Shown here: positions 13,620 to 24,864 of the stretch, in pieces
How the letters are laid out: each line of letters begins with the position of its first letter
How positions within the stretch are numbered: the first letter of the stretch is position 1
NCBI GenBank assembly: GCA_053919585.1
Contig: CM132786.1
From: Euprymna scolopes
Lineage: Eukaryota
DNA length: 63,025 nt
Strand: one strand, 5' to 3'
Position numbers and translations under genes: made by a program
Notes under the pieces: model-generated
What the model was told of the DNA's origin: nothing
Databases searched by the model: none
The model's input: the letters and a program-made list of their open reading frames with translations, nothing else

Positions 13620-14153
13620 TTAATTTGAATAAAATAAAATGCACATCAAGTGCGCTTGAAAGCCAATTCACAATGTAATATTAGGAAAATAAACAAATAT
13701 TTTACTTGTTTGAAATTTCTAACATAAACATTTTTCGGAGCTACACTCCATCCTCAGTATGTTGTTTTCTTTTTTATTCTTTCTTTTTCTTCTTTCTTGC
13801 CATATTGTAAAGTTAGAGAAAGAAAAGTCTGTAGAGCCGTGTGTTGTACTTTACACCCTTGACGTTATTCTCGCGTTGCCTACACACTGTTCCAACATTT
13901 TAAAATACAACCACTGAGATACAACACGCAGCTCTTTACAAACAGACTTTTCTTTCTCCAACTGTACAACATGGCAAGAAAGAAGAAAAGAAAACAAAAA
14001 GAAAGAAAATAACATACTGAGAATGGAGTTTAGCTGTAAAATATATTTGTGTTATAAATTTCAAACAAGTAAAATATTTGTTTATTTTCCTAATATTATG
14101 TTGTATTTGACTTTCAAGAGCACTAGAAGCATATTTATTTATTTAAAATTAAA
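13620..14153. mobile_element. Penelope-like pseudo-LTR foldback with two oppositely oriented minimal hammerhead motifs
   Basis: ~230-bp inverted arms. Minus strand 13721-13763 reads aacata-CTGAGGA-tggagtgtagctcc-GAAA-aatg-TT-tatgtt; a decayed mirror copy lies at 14011-14053 (+). Confidence 0.7.
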
Positions 14154-14199
14154 ATAATATTCATGAAACTTATGGTAAGTTGTTATATTTTATTGTTAT

Positions 14200-14530
14200 T
14201 CCAACTATTCCTCTGGCCTTCGGGGTTCATGGCACAGTTGATAGAGACGTTGAATCTGTATGGTTCCAGGTGAGAATTGTCTGAAAATAGCGGTTTTAAT
14301 CCTACCCAAAGCTGGCCAGAGGCTTACTTGGCCAAAACGTGGTGAAACGACAACAACTACAGAAGGCAGTAATTGCAGTGAATGCAGTCAGGAGATTCAC
14401 AGTTCCTATCTGTCGCGGTTACCACCTGACGAAGGCCAGAAGAATAGTTGATCGAAACATTGTGAAACAACTAAAAAAAGATGAGGATAATAGTCCGCAA
14501 TAAATAAAAATTAATAAATAATACTCATCT
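14200..14530 (+). mobile_element. Short Penelope-type non-autonomous element with a degenerate minimal hammerhead
   Basis: cac-CTGACGA-a-ggcca...tgatc-GAAA-ca-TT-gtg at 14423-14464; its stem region is inverted upstream at 14202-14221 (caactattcctctggccttc). Confidence 0.6.
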
Positions 14531-14834
14531 CAATTAATTCCAATTAAAATAATACATTATTTTTTTTTGTTTCATAATGATTTTAAATTTGATTTTTTTT
14601 ATTTTTGTTTCATAATGATTTTAAATTTGATCAGTGCTCAACGTATTCTGGTGGTTTACGTCAGCTGCCGGTTGAGTCCAAGCCAACATCACGGAAATCT
14701 GGTTCACAAAATACCAAAAAGTCATACATTTTTATAATAAATAGTAAAATATGACTGTTATAATTTAGTTCAAAATTCTAAGTATCTCATAAAGGCTAAA
14801 CAATTTATTTTAATTAAAAAATGTACAGATAATG

Positions 14835-15573
14835 TTTTATTACTCCCCCGACAAAAGGAGAGTGGACCTGTAAATTCACCCTTGTCTGTTCATCCATTCG
14901 TCTGTCCACACTTTTCTCAATAACTATGCCTTGAAATTTTTTGAAATTTTGTGCAAACATTAAACATGATATGAGTGAAAAAGTAACAGAATGGATTTTC
15001 TGGGAAAACTGGTTGCCCCACTAGGGGTGCTTTTTGGGTTAAAATGGCTAAGATTGACACTTTGTACTTATTAAAAAAAATTTGATGCCTTGAATTTTTA
15101 TAAAACTTTCTGAAAAGTTGTAGTAACTGATTTCTATATAATTTTGTTTGCCTATACTTCACAATAACTCTTGGGTGTGCCCCTGGGGCTCTTTTAGGGC
15201 TAATAAAAACATTCCAGTTTTGGGACTATTTTACCATATTTGTCCAAAATTTTCTGTGTATTTCTATTTAGCAGTTTTGCATGGTGCTGAACTCAAATTT
15301 AAATATGTTAAGACCTTGAGGATTTTTGGGGCTAAATGGGGGAGGGGCAAATGATGGACTTAGTCATTTCTTTTTTTGCATGGTGCAGAACTCAAATTTA
15401 CATATGTTAAGTCCTAAAACTGCACCATTTGTTCATTTTCACCAGAATTTGATGTCCCATGGGAACTTTTGAGACTAAATGGGGGGGGGGAAGGGCAAAT
15501 GCTGAACTTAGACATTTTTTTATGCCTCATTCACTGTGCACTCACTGGGGACTATGCATGCTTCACTTTTTTT
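14835..15573 (+). mobile_element. HINE/DINE-1-like (Helentron-associated) interspersed element, copy 1
   Basis: Starts in TTTT, GTCTGT(C/T)C microsatellite near the 5' end, ends in a T run; highly similar copy at 31582-32285. Confidence 0.65.
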
Positions 15574-15742
15574 GTGTTATTGTTAATTTAGTGTGTCTGT
15601 TTTGGTTTTACCAATTTGTTATGCAAAACTTTAACTCTTTGGAATTCTTCAAAATTGAAACAAAAAAAATTTCCTTCCAAATTTAAAATATACAATGTGT
15701 AAAGGGAAAACATTAAGAAGTTTGTTAAATTAAAAAAATCAA

Positions 15743-15798
<56 letters not shown>

Positions 15799-17255
15799 AA
15801 GAAGATGAAAACCCTCAGTTACTCCTACACTAAAAACATAAAAAAGAAACAAATAAGTTTCTATTTTATTAGGCGACTATGTGTAAATACTTTGAGGAAA
15901 AAATCATTTTAGAATTTAGAATGAAGGATCAGCTTTGCATACAAATTTAACAAAGACATATAATCAGTTTTTGTTTTGTTAAGGGAGATAAATTGTGTTT
16001 TTATTTTTTTGGGTAGAGAGGATTAAAACAAACAAAAAAAATCCCTTATTATCACTAACCCTTAATCTGTGTTGTAATAGCCTCCCCCATCAGATAAACT
16101 CTCCATTAACTATACCACTACCCACCTATAAAAATTCAAAAGCATTTTTATATCTAAGATTCAATATATCAAAGATTCGTTAATGTTTTTGGTTCAATAT
16201 TGAGTAAAGAGCATAGTCCTTATTTAAAACTGTAAGGGAATGTGCTGTAGCTTTGTATAGTGTATTTTAGATGACAATAATGTCTTTGACAATTGCCAAG
16301 AACCATGCTAACAATTAATATAGATAGCCACATTGCGGAATGAAATAAATTAATAAAAACAGATCTTAGGAATTCTGATAATGGGTCACCATTTAGCAAG
16401 TTCTAACTAGATACGTGAATTTTGCTGTTTGAAAAACATGATTAAAAAAAAAAAGAAGACAATTTTATAATTATAATTTTACATATGTAAAAGTAATTTT
16501 TAGTGGACGGAAACTTTGTGTAAACTCATGTTTTGGTAGAAACTGTTCCATGAATAAACAGACATCAGGGCTAGGATTGTGTGATATGCATGTGTGAGTA
16601 TTAGCATTGGTGGGTCTGCCTCCTTCTGTTAGTGCATGTGAGTAGGTAACAATTTGCTTTTGTTCACTTGACACTTTGTTAGTGAATGTGATTATGTGCA
16701 ACAGATGGTGGAGCTTCTATGTACATATGAAGTGTCCCTTTTATTTTCACCTCCCAAAGGTTCAGGGGTGGGGCATAATGTTCTGTCCTATTTTGTACTA
16801 TTTGCCAGTGTACATTTTCTTTAATTTGTCCTGCTTGTCTTAAAATTTCTAATTATGCATTGAGTGGAAGCTATTCTTATTTGTTGAAAATTACGGTTTA
16901 GTGACTGCGTGTGACAACTTTTATTTTGGAAATGAAGAGAGGCGTATATTTAAACAAACCAGAAAAATAAAGAAAGTGATTATTCAAGCCATGACATTTT
17001 TGATCATTTGAATTACATCTCCATTCGCTACAGAAACTTAGCATAAAAAATCGATTTTATTTTAAAATATTAGGAGGAGGTGGCTTATTTAAAACTTTAA
17101 GAGAAGGAGCCGTCTGTTACTGAATAGTTCTTGTTTTATACCATTGTTTTCTATTTAACACTGCCTTTTAAACTGTTTGAAAATCAGTATCTACATACTT
17201 ACAGACTTTATCCTAAGAACATTGTTCTAATATGAACTTTTCTCCATTCTCTACA

Positions 17256-17526
17256 GGTCCTGGATATGACCTTAAACTATACCCGATGGTGAGGCCCCAG
17301 CTTGCAGGCCTTAGGGAGTGTGGAGCCACCCTTTAATTGCCATTGCTCCCATGTCCACTCTGACCCGGAGTGGTAGCACCTGTTAGCATCCCAACTATGG
17401 GTTAAATAGAATACGACTTAAAAAAACAAATATACTATATTAAAAAATCGTTCTTCAAAATGACCAGATTCGGCATTAAATAACCTGAAAAGGGTTGATA
17501 TGCCGTAAAAAAAAACAACCAACCAA
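17256..17526 (+). mobile_element. 5'-truncated SINE-like retroposon with a 12-bp target-site duplication
   Basis: Flanking direct repeat ccattctctaca (17244-17255 and 17527-17538); GC-richer central domain; A-rich/(AACC)n tail. Confidence 0.8.
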
Positions 17527-18292
17527 CCATTCTCTACAAAAATGACATTTATCCTTCATATTATGGACTCCAATCTTTTTCCTCAAACAAATTCATAGAC
17601 TTATTTTCTATTACTAACACCTTGTCTATAATTACATGTATTGTTTCTGTTGTATATGTATTGTTTTTTTATTTTATTTATGTAGTAATTTATTTGTGTT
17701 CATCATCACCATCATCGTAAACATCAAAGAGACCTGACGTCCTTAAAACGGTTTTCCTTTACAAACCTTTTAACAGAAGATTGTGACCAAGGTTTGCCCA
17801 TTACACGTATCGTTTCTGTTGGACATGTATTGTTTTTATTTATGTGTTCTATAATTACATGTTAAACAAAAATGACCAAAGTTGATATAAATATTAGAAT
17901 TGAACTTTGTCCTTTTTCTTCAATTTTTTCTAGAGGAAATTACTGATTAAAAAACATGGAATTTATTGCTCAAAATAAATTGTGATTCATTTTGATTTAT
18001 TTTGTTTTTAATTATTTTTTTATTTTAACAGAGTTTATAAATATTAAAGTTTAATTAAAGGTAAATTAAAGCAAAAATATTAAAATGAATTTGTAAGATA
18101 TCAACATTCAGTTCTATAAACTTTTCTAAAAAAAATAATTTCCCAATTTTTTTTCTGTTTACAAGTAACTGCTTGTTAGAAAATGAAAAAATAAAATTTT
18201 TTCTTTTAATAAAACTTTTGGAAATGAAAGTTTTAAAAGACAGAGTCTCAAAATAGAGTTTGTGCCTATTCAAATCAAAGAAATGCAAATTA

Positions 18293-19312
18293 CACTGAAC
18301 TGAAAATAGTTTTTTTTCAAGTAATTAAAAATAATTTCGTATGTTGTCTCTGAAAATTGCCTTTGTTTCTCTCCATCAGATTTCTATGCTGTTTCTGAAG
18401 AAAATCTGATTTTCTGACAAAAGCATTTGTTTTAACACAATTCATTTAAACTTTGTAAATTGTAATTGTAGAAATTAATAAAGCATATAAATTGAATGTT
18501 ATATGATGTTCAAAATTCTGGACTTGAATTTCCATTTCTTCAAATTTCTAATGCTCAGTGACAGGACTGTCTGTATTGAGTATCTAACACTGATTAAGCC
18601 ATCATGATTGCATCTCAGTGTCTCTATTATTTGGTTTCCATCTCTCTCATATCCTCATAAAATTTGTTTCATTAATTCCATATTCTCAGAAAACTAATTC
18701 ATATGTGAGAGAATAAGTAACGCCTTTTGATGCTCACGTGACATCTAAAGTTTCTGAAAGCAGTCAGCATATTAGTTCTGAGGAATTCCTGACTGTTTTG
18801 TTGCTAAGAAAGTTCTCCACAAAAGAACAAAAACCTATGTCTCTTCTACCATGTTGATCATTGAGTTTTCAAAAGTCAGGATCTCTGGTAAGCAAACAGA
18901 TTTGAAGATTGTAAAAGATGTCAGCTTTTAACTTCTCCATGGTTTATCCTGGAAAAGCCTGGCTCAAGTAAGTGAAACAGTCACTTTCTAGAATTTTGGT
19001 GAACTGTTTAATCGAGCAGAGCTTGATGTGCACCAATGAGAAGAGTATTTCTATTAACTAATAACATTTCTTTCTCTTCATGTTCAGTGCTTTCTGCAGA
19101 GATCAACTGTTCTTTATTTAATACTGAGCATGGTCTGTCTCTACAATCAAGCACAAGTACAGAAAGCATTTGTACCTGATAAAGGTTGTTGTTTCAACAA
19201 AAATTTGCCTTTTTCAAGTCAACTGAAAGGAACCACTCGTAGTGATTTTTAACTAATTTTCTCTAGATTATATTTGCTGGAGAAGATTCAGTTTTATACT
19301 TCCTCTTCAGTG
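18293..19312 (-). mobile_element. Highly decayed Chapaev-like (CMC) DNA transposon
   Basis: CACTGAA...TTCAGTG termini; minus-strand remnant (DMREMETK...AIMMA) resembles the transposase C-terminus seen at 42600-42700. Confidence 0.45.
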
Positions 19313-20172
19313 TAGTTGAGTGATTGATGGGTACACAAGTGAACTTGTTACTATTAGGCACCAGAACGTGGTTGTCAATTTTTCAGTTTGTACTTGGCTC
19401 TCTAAGCTCATGTAAAAGTTGCACAATATCTGTACAATACACTGATTTCTTTTATTATTCAGATAAAAAATGGATGTGCTCTTGATGCAAGCATCAAGAG
19501 AGGAAATACTTTTTCCTCTTATTCTGAATGCCAACTGTTCAATAGAAGACTGCTGAGATTGCAAACTAAATCATTTAATTTTTGTAGATCATCAACAAAC
19601 CATTTCTTTCATCTTTTTGAACACTAAATGAATCTTAATCATTAATGTTAGAATGATAAGATTTTCACGACTGAATTTCCAGATGATCTACTAATAAAAG
19701 ATCAGGGTACTTGATGCCGCTTCAGTTCTTTCTGCGGATTCCAGTTTCATCAATGTTACATCAATGTTACATCGTCATGATTTGTTGACTTTAAACTTTT
19801 GGATTCTTATGGAATTTTCTACTACTCTAACCTTATATAGGAAATACTATTTTTAACATTATTTTCACCAATCTTTAATATGGTCTTGCTACAGAATAAC
19901 CCATAAAAATGTTAAGATATAAAACAAAACACCATCATATATAATTGTATAAAAAACTGTTTGAAATCATGTTTAAAAAGAAAATATGATAATTGCATGC
20001 AAATAAAATAAAAACAAATAAAGAAAAACAATTTTTCTACATTAAAGTTTTCTCTTCTTATAATTTATTGTTTTATTTGAAGTCAATTATCAACTTCTGT
20101 AATGAATTTTTAATGAGTCTATAAAAAATCAAAATATATAAACTATTTTTTTTTCTTTTTTTGTGATTAAAG

Positions 20173-20486
20173 GTACTGAAAAAAGATGCAATTCGAGAAC
20201 GTTTACGCAAATTACTTATTGCCGAGGCTGAGAAGCAAGCTCATATTGAAGCTGAACAAGCTCAAAAAAACAGGGAAAAATCAGTGAGAGAAGAAAAACG
20301 AGTTTCAAGTCAGAATACGGTAGCTTCCGAAAAAAAAAAAGATGATGTTTCATCAACTATAAAATCTACAGAAGATGATTTACCGCCTTCATACAATGAA
20401 ATTGTTTGTGACGAAAATTCCAAACAAAAACAAAAAAGAAACAAAGATGCATCGCAAAAAAACAAAGAAGAAAAATTGAGTGTCAA
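20173..20486 (+). CDS. WD40 gene coding exon 2 (VLKKDAIRERLRKLL...DLPPSYNE...EEKLSV)
   Basis: Polypyrimidine tract plus AAAG acceptor, 314 nt open, donor AA|GTAAGT; completes the helical motif begun in exon 1. Confidence 0.85.
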
Positions 20487-20609
20487 GTAAGTAAAAAAAT
20501 TTCACCTTCATTTTCCAACAGGATTGGCATTCTTGTTCTTTTTATCAATGTTTGTAGATAAGTTAGTGAATTCACTTGAGTATTTTATGAAGATCAGAAC
20601 ATAAACTGT

Positions 20610-23600
20610 TGTAGTGTAATTAAAACAAAAAGACCTTATCAAGGCTTTATTCAACTAACTTGTACATAATTAATTTAAGTGAGGCAAGAGGCCAAAAGAA
20701 TATATACAAGAATAAAAAGGGGGAATTATTTAAAGAAGATCACATAATCACGTGAGCAAGAATTATAAGTTTTTTTTTTTTTAATGAAACTATAATACTT
20801 TCCCTACTTTCATAAACCCAACTGCTGGACTGGTTTGGGAATTCTGTTAGACTGGCAGGGAAGTAGCTCATCACTGGAAGTGCCAGAATAAGTTTCATTT
20901 TTGAGGAGAATGAATCTCGGGGTTCTGATTTAGCACATCTTGTGTAAAATTTACATCACTTACATTGTCAGCAGAATCTTGAGGTTGATCTGAGCATGGA
21001 AAGCATGCCAAATGTCTCAGTGCTACTAAATGTTCCCGACCATCATGATGTTGAATAGGGTTGTCTCCGAGGAGTTCCACTACCTCAGTGATTGGATCAT
21101 ACTTGTTTCTGCCACCAAATTGTTTTAATAAAACTTCTCCAAGCTCACAGAGGCAAACCAGTAATGCAATACCAGTGATAGAGTGCCTTTCAAAATTGAA
21201 TGTGCGCTCGTGAGCCGTGGTATTAGTGGCGCATAGTATAGAGTGAATAGCACGTAAAACATTCTGTAGAATGTTCTGCGAATCATTAATGGGTAAGTGT
21301 CAGGATTCCAAAGCTAATAAAATGGTGTTCAATATAATGTTGTTATAGTGTTCACCTTTTGGGTATTACTTTTTGGGCTATAAGCAATAGTGTTGCTAGA
21401 TACAATACTAAGCCACAGCAAAAATTGTTTGAATTCCTCTGACATAAACAAAATCTCTTGGTTGGAATGGATAAATGAGGGAAGTGTGAAAATAGAAAAA
21501 ATAGTCATCAAGTGTCAGATCACAGTTTGAGAGAAACAATCACAACAAGGGAAAGCAAAAGGAAACGACAGTAAGTATGTAACATGAAATTGCCGGGAGA
21601 GGTCCTTTGTAATCAATAGAAAGACGTTGAAATGGAGCAGTAGAATGGAGAAGAATATGATAAGGAGAATTAAAGAATTGAGTTTTTATGTTGGCTCAAG
21701 TAGTACATTTGAATATCACACTCCAAACTTCAATTGAATTCAACATATTTTATGACCTTACAAAATGCCAAAAGCGTTGTACTCCAGGATGTATCAAAGA
21801 ATTATGAAGAGATTTTAGTTCCTCCATTGAAGAAGCAGCACCACATGTTTGGGATAACATATCAGCAACAACATTTTCATTTCCAGGACAGTGTTTTATA
21901 TCATATGAAAAGGGAAGAAGCTTCATTTTCCATCGTTTTTAATTTTTAATTTTATTATTTTTAATTTTTCCATGATTAGTAGGTTTAAACATGAAAGATA
22001 TAGCTCACTGATCCATAATAATATAATAGTAAAGTGTTTCCCAGCAATGAGATCTTTCCTTTTACGAATGCATTCAACAACAGCATACGCTTCTTTTTTG
22101 ACTACATGAAGTCAAATTTCAGAGAGATTTAACGATCGAGAAAAGCATGCTACAGTTCTCCCAGTAAGAGAGTCCCTCCAATTGCCTTTTCTGAAGCATC
22201 GGTTTCAGTAACAAATGGTAATTCATTATTGAAAACTTTTAAAGACAATTCGGCAATGTCTTTCTTGAGTTTTTTAAGTAGTTTACAACCATGGAAGGCA
22301 TCAGAAATTGTTGATTTTCAACAAGTGAATGAATTTTGGATGAATAATTATGTATCCATTTGGCATAGTAGGCAAGCATACCAAGGCACAGTTTTGATTT
22401 AAAATCAGAAGGGAGAGGCATTTGTAAAAAAGGTCTCAAACATGCAGGGTCTGGTCGAAGAGTTCCATCACAAATTTTATAACCAAGCACGTTAATAAAA
22501 CAGTGAAAACTTTGATCTTTTGTTTTTTTTCCTAGTTTATTTCAAAGTTGTATGCTGACGCAGCCTTTAAGAAACATTCCAAGTTAGCGTCATGCTTCTT
22601 CTGGTTTTTACTGCAAATAGTTATGCCATGGAAATACGAAAAGGTTCCAGATAATTTGTGATCAGAGATAAAAGGATTCATAAAACGTGGAAATGCAGAA
22701 ACACTGTTTGTGACACTCATAGGTATTCATTTCAATTTATATAAACGATTTATATCTTGAAAGGCCGCATTGGGGTGATTTTTTGGAGCAAATTACAATC
22801 TAGGAGTATGCTTTAGATGAGTCAATTATGCTAAAGATTTGATACTTGGTAATTTGATTTACAAGATCTTCAATTCGTGGTAATGGGAATGCATCAAGCA
22901 AGGTGAAACGCTTAATAGTTTGGTTGAAATCAATTTGCGATCATTTCTTTTTATTAGGTGAAGAAGTCACAATGATTTGGGCAGAATGACTTGTTTCAGT
23001 TATATCATCCGCAAGCAGTTGTAGAATTTCTTTTTCAGCAAATTGAATATCCTCCACAGTGTAATTCCGAGACTTATTGTAATCAGTTTACAATTAGGTT
23101 TTGGAATAATTTAACAGGAGCACGATTGATTTTAGTTACAGCGCAGATTTTTAGACTATACTGCAATTCACCAAAAGAAATAGTAATACTCCGGTACATT
23201 TTTAAAAAGGGTATTCCGAGTATAATATCCGTACATGAATTAGGGAGTATTGTGAAGTCAATGTCTTTATACTCAGAATCGTTGAATGTAATATTCTCAG
23301 TACAATATTCAAATAGTTTGAGGGAAAGGGTGGATGATGCCATAGAAATTACAGAATCCTGTTTCCGAGTAGACAGGTTCAAGGTTTTAATGAGACTAGC
23401 ACTAAGAAGATTATTGGAGCTGTCTGTATCTATAAGGGTGGTTTACTTTTTAATTTTACCATTTTAGTAACAGGTGGAGAATTATCAACATCATTAGCAC
23501 AGACTACCATAACAGATAAACTCGAACATGAAGGTGTTGGTTTAGTAGAAGAGCAAACTTTGGCGAACTAGCCAAATTTGCCACATTTTTGACATATTTT

Positions 23601-24487
23601 ATCACGAGCAGGATAATGATAGTGATCATCCTTAGGTTGGCATTTCACTCCACAATTGTAGCATCAGTCATGAATGGAAAGGGTAGCCAATAACTCTATA
23701 GAGTTACACTCTATATGTGGTTTCATGTTTTTAGTAATAGTATTGGCGGCAAATTCAATCTGAGAAGTATACAACTCAGCGCGAAGGTGAGCTTGTTCCA
23801 AAGCTCTAGCACATTGTTTAGTCTCCTGGAGAGTTGTCATATTATTTTCAAATAGTTGGGTATGTATCATGAATACCAAAGGCCACATATAAATGCATCA
23901 CGGGCAGATTCATCCCTGTAAGTAACTGCAAGGAAATTCAATGCCTGAAGGTACTGGTCAATGGATTAATTTTCTAGTTGTAAATGCGTAGGAAGTAGAC
24001 GTCTAGCATGAATAACGTTTGAAGGTTTATCGTAAATGGTTTATAACAATTCAATAGCATGTTCAAACTCAGAACAACTCTCGATAATATCAGCAACAGT
24101 AGTACTACAATTAAAGTAAAGGACTTCAAGTTTGGATTTAAATGATCAATGGTAGACAAATAGTAAGTAAAGTTTTGATACTATATTTCCAGTGTTTGCT
24201 AGCCTGAAGGTCTGCAGAAGATATGTTGAACTTGTCCAATCGAATAATCTTCTCCATGAAAAATTAGTAAAAAGAAAGTTAGTTGAATAAATTGTAGTGT
24301 AATTAAATAAAAAAGAGAAAGCTCTTATCAAGGCTTTTTTCAACTAACTTGTACATAATTAATTTAAGTGAGGCAAGAGGCCAAAAGAATACATAAAAGA
24401 ATAAAAAGGGGGTATTATTTAAAGAATATCACAATCGCGTGAGCAAGAATTATAAAAGTTTTTTATTTTTTTATTGAAACTATAACA
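20610..24487 (-). mobile_element. Decayed full-span Ty3/Gypsy LTR retrotransposon
   Basis: Direct LTRs 20610-20797 and 24293-24487 (TG...CA); purine tract next to the 3' LTR; minus-strand remnants of gag zinc knuckle (CQKCGKFG..AKVC ~23555-23660), protease LIDTDSS (23416-23436), RT DFNQTIKRFTLLDAFPLPRIEDL (~22860-22930), RNase H VTETDAS (~22190-22212), then integrase-like sequence, in Gypsy order. Confidence 0.88.
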
Positions 24488-24827
24488 TTTGCAAACACAT
24501 TGTTCAGTTTTATTTCATCAAACTTCCTGTTCAGATATTCATTGGTATACTAAATCGTTACAGAATTATCTATTTTTTTTCATTTTAAAGTTTGCAATTA
24601 CGTTATCTTCTATTTTGCTACAAATATGGCATTTTCGATTTTAAAAAGACAACATCTGCTGAAATGAAATCTGCCATATTCATAATATGGTTATTTTCAA
24701 TTTTGTTGTGTTTGGATGACATTGTTGTATAGGTAAAAGAGTTATCTGCTCTTTTTAATAGGAAGTACTTGTGGAATTATCTTCCCTGATAACATGAAGT
24801 AACCAGGGAGTGATCTCCCCTAATAGC

Positions 24828-24864
<37 letters not shown>

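Larger units (their letters stand above)
13389..14720. mobile_element. MITE-like TIR element hosting nested Penelope-type hammerhead elements
   Basis: accagatttctgtaaatgttggcttgggctcaaccagcatctgac is inverted at 14645-14707. Confidence 0.6.
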
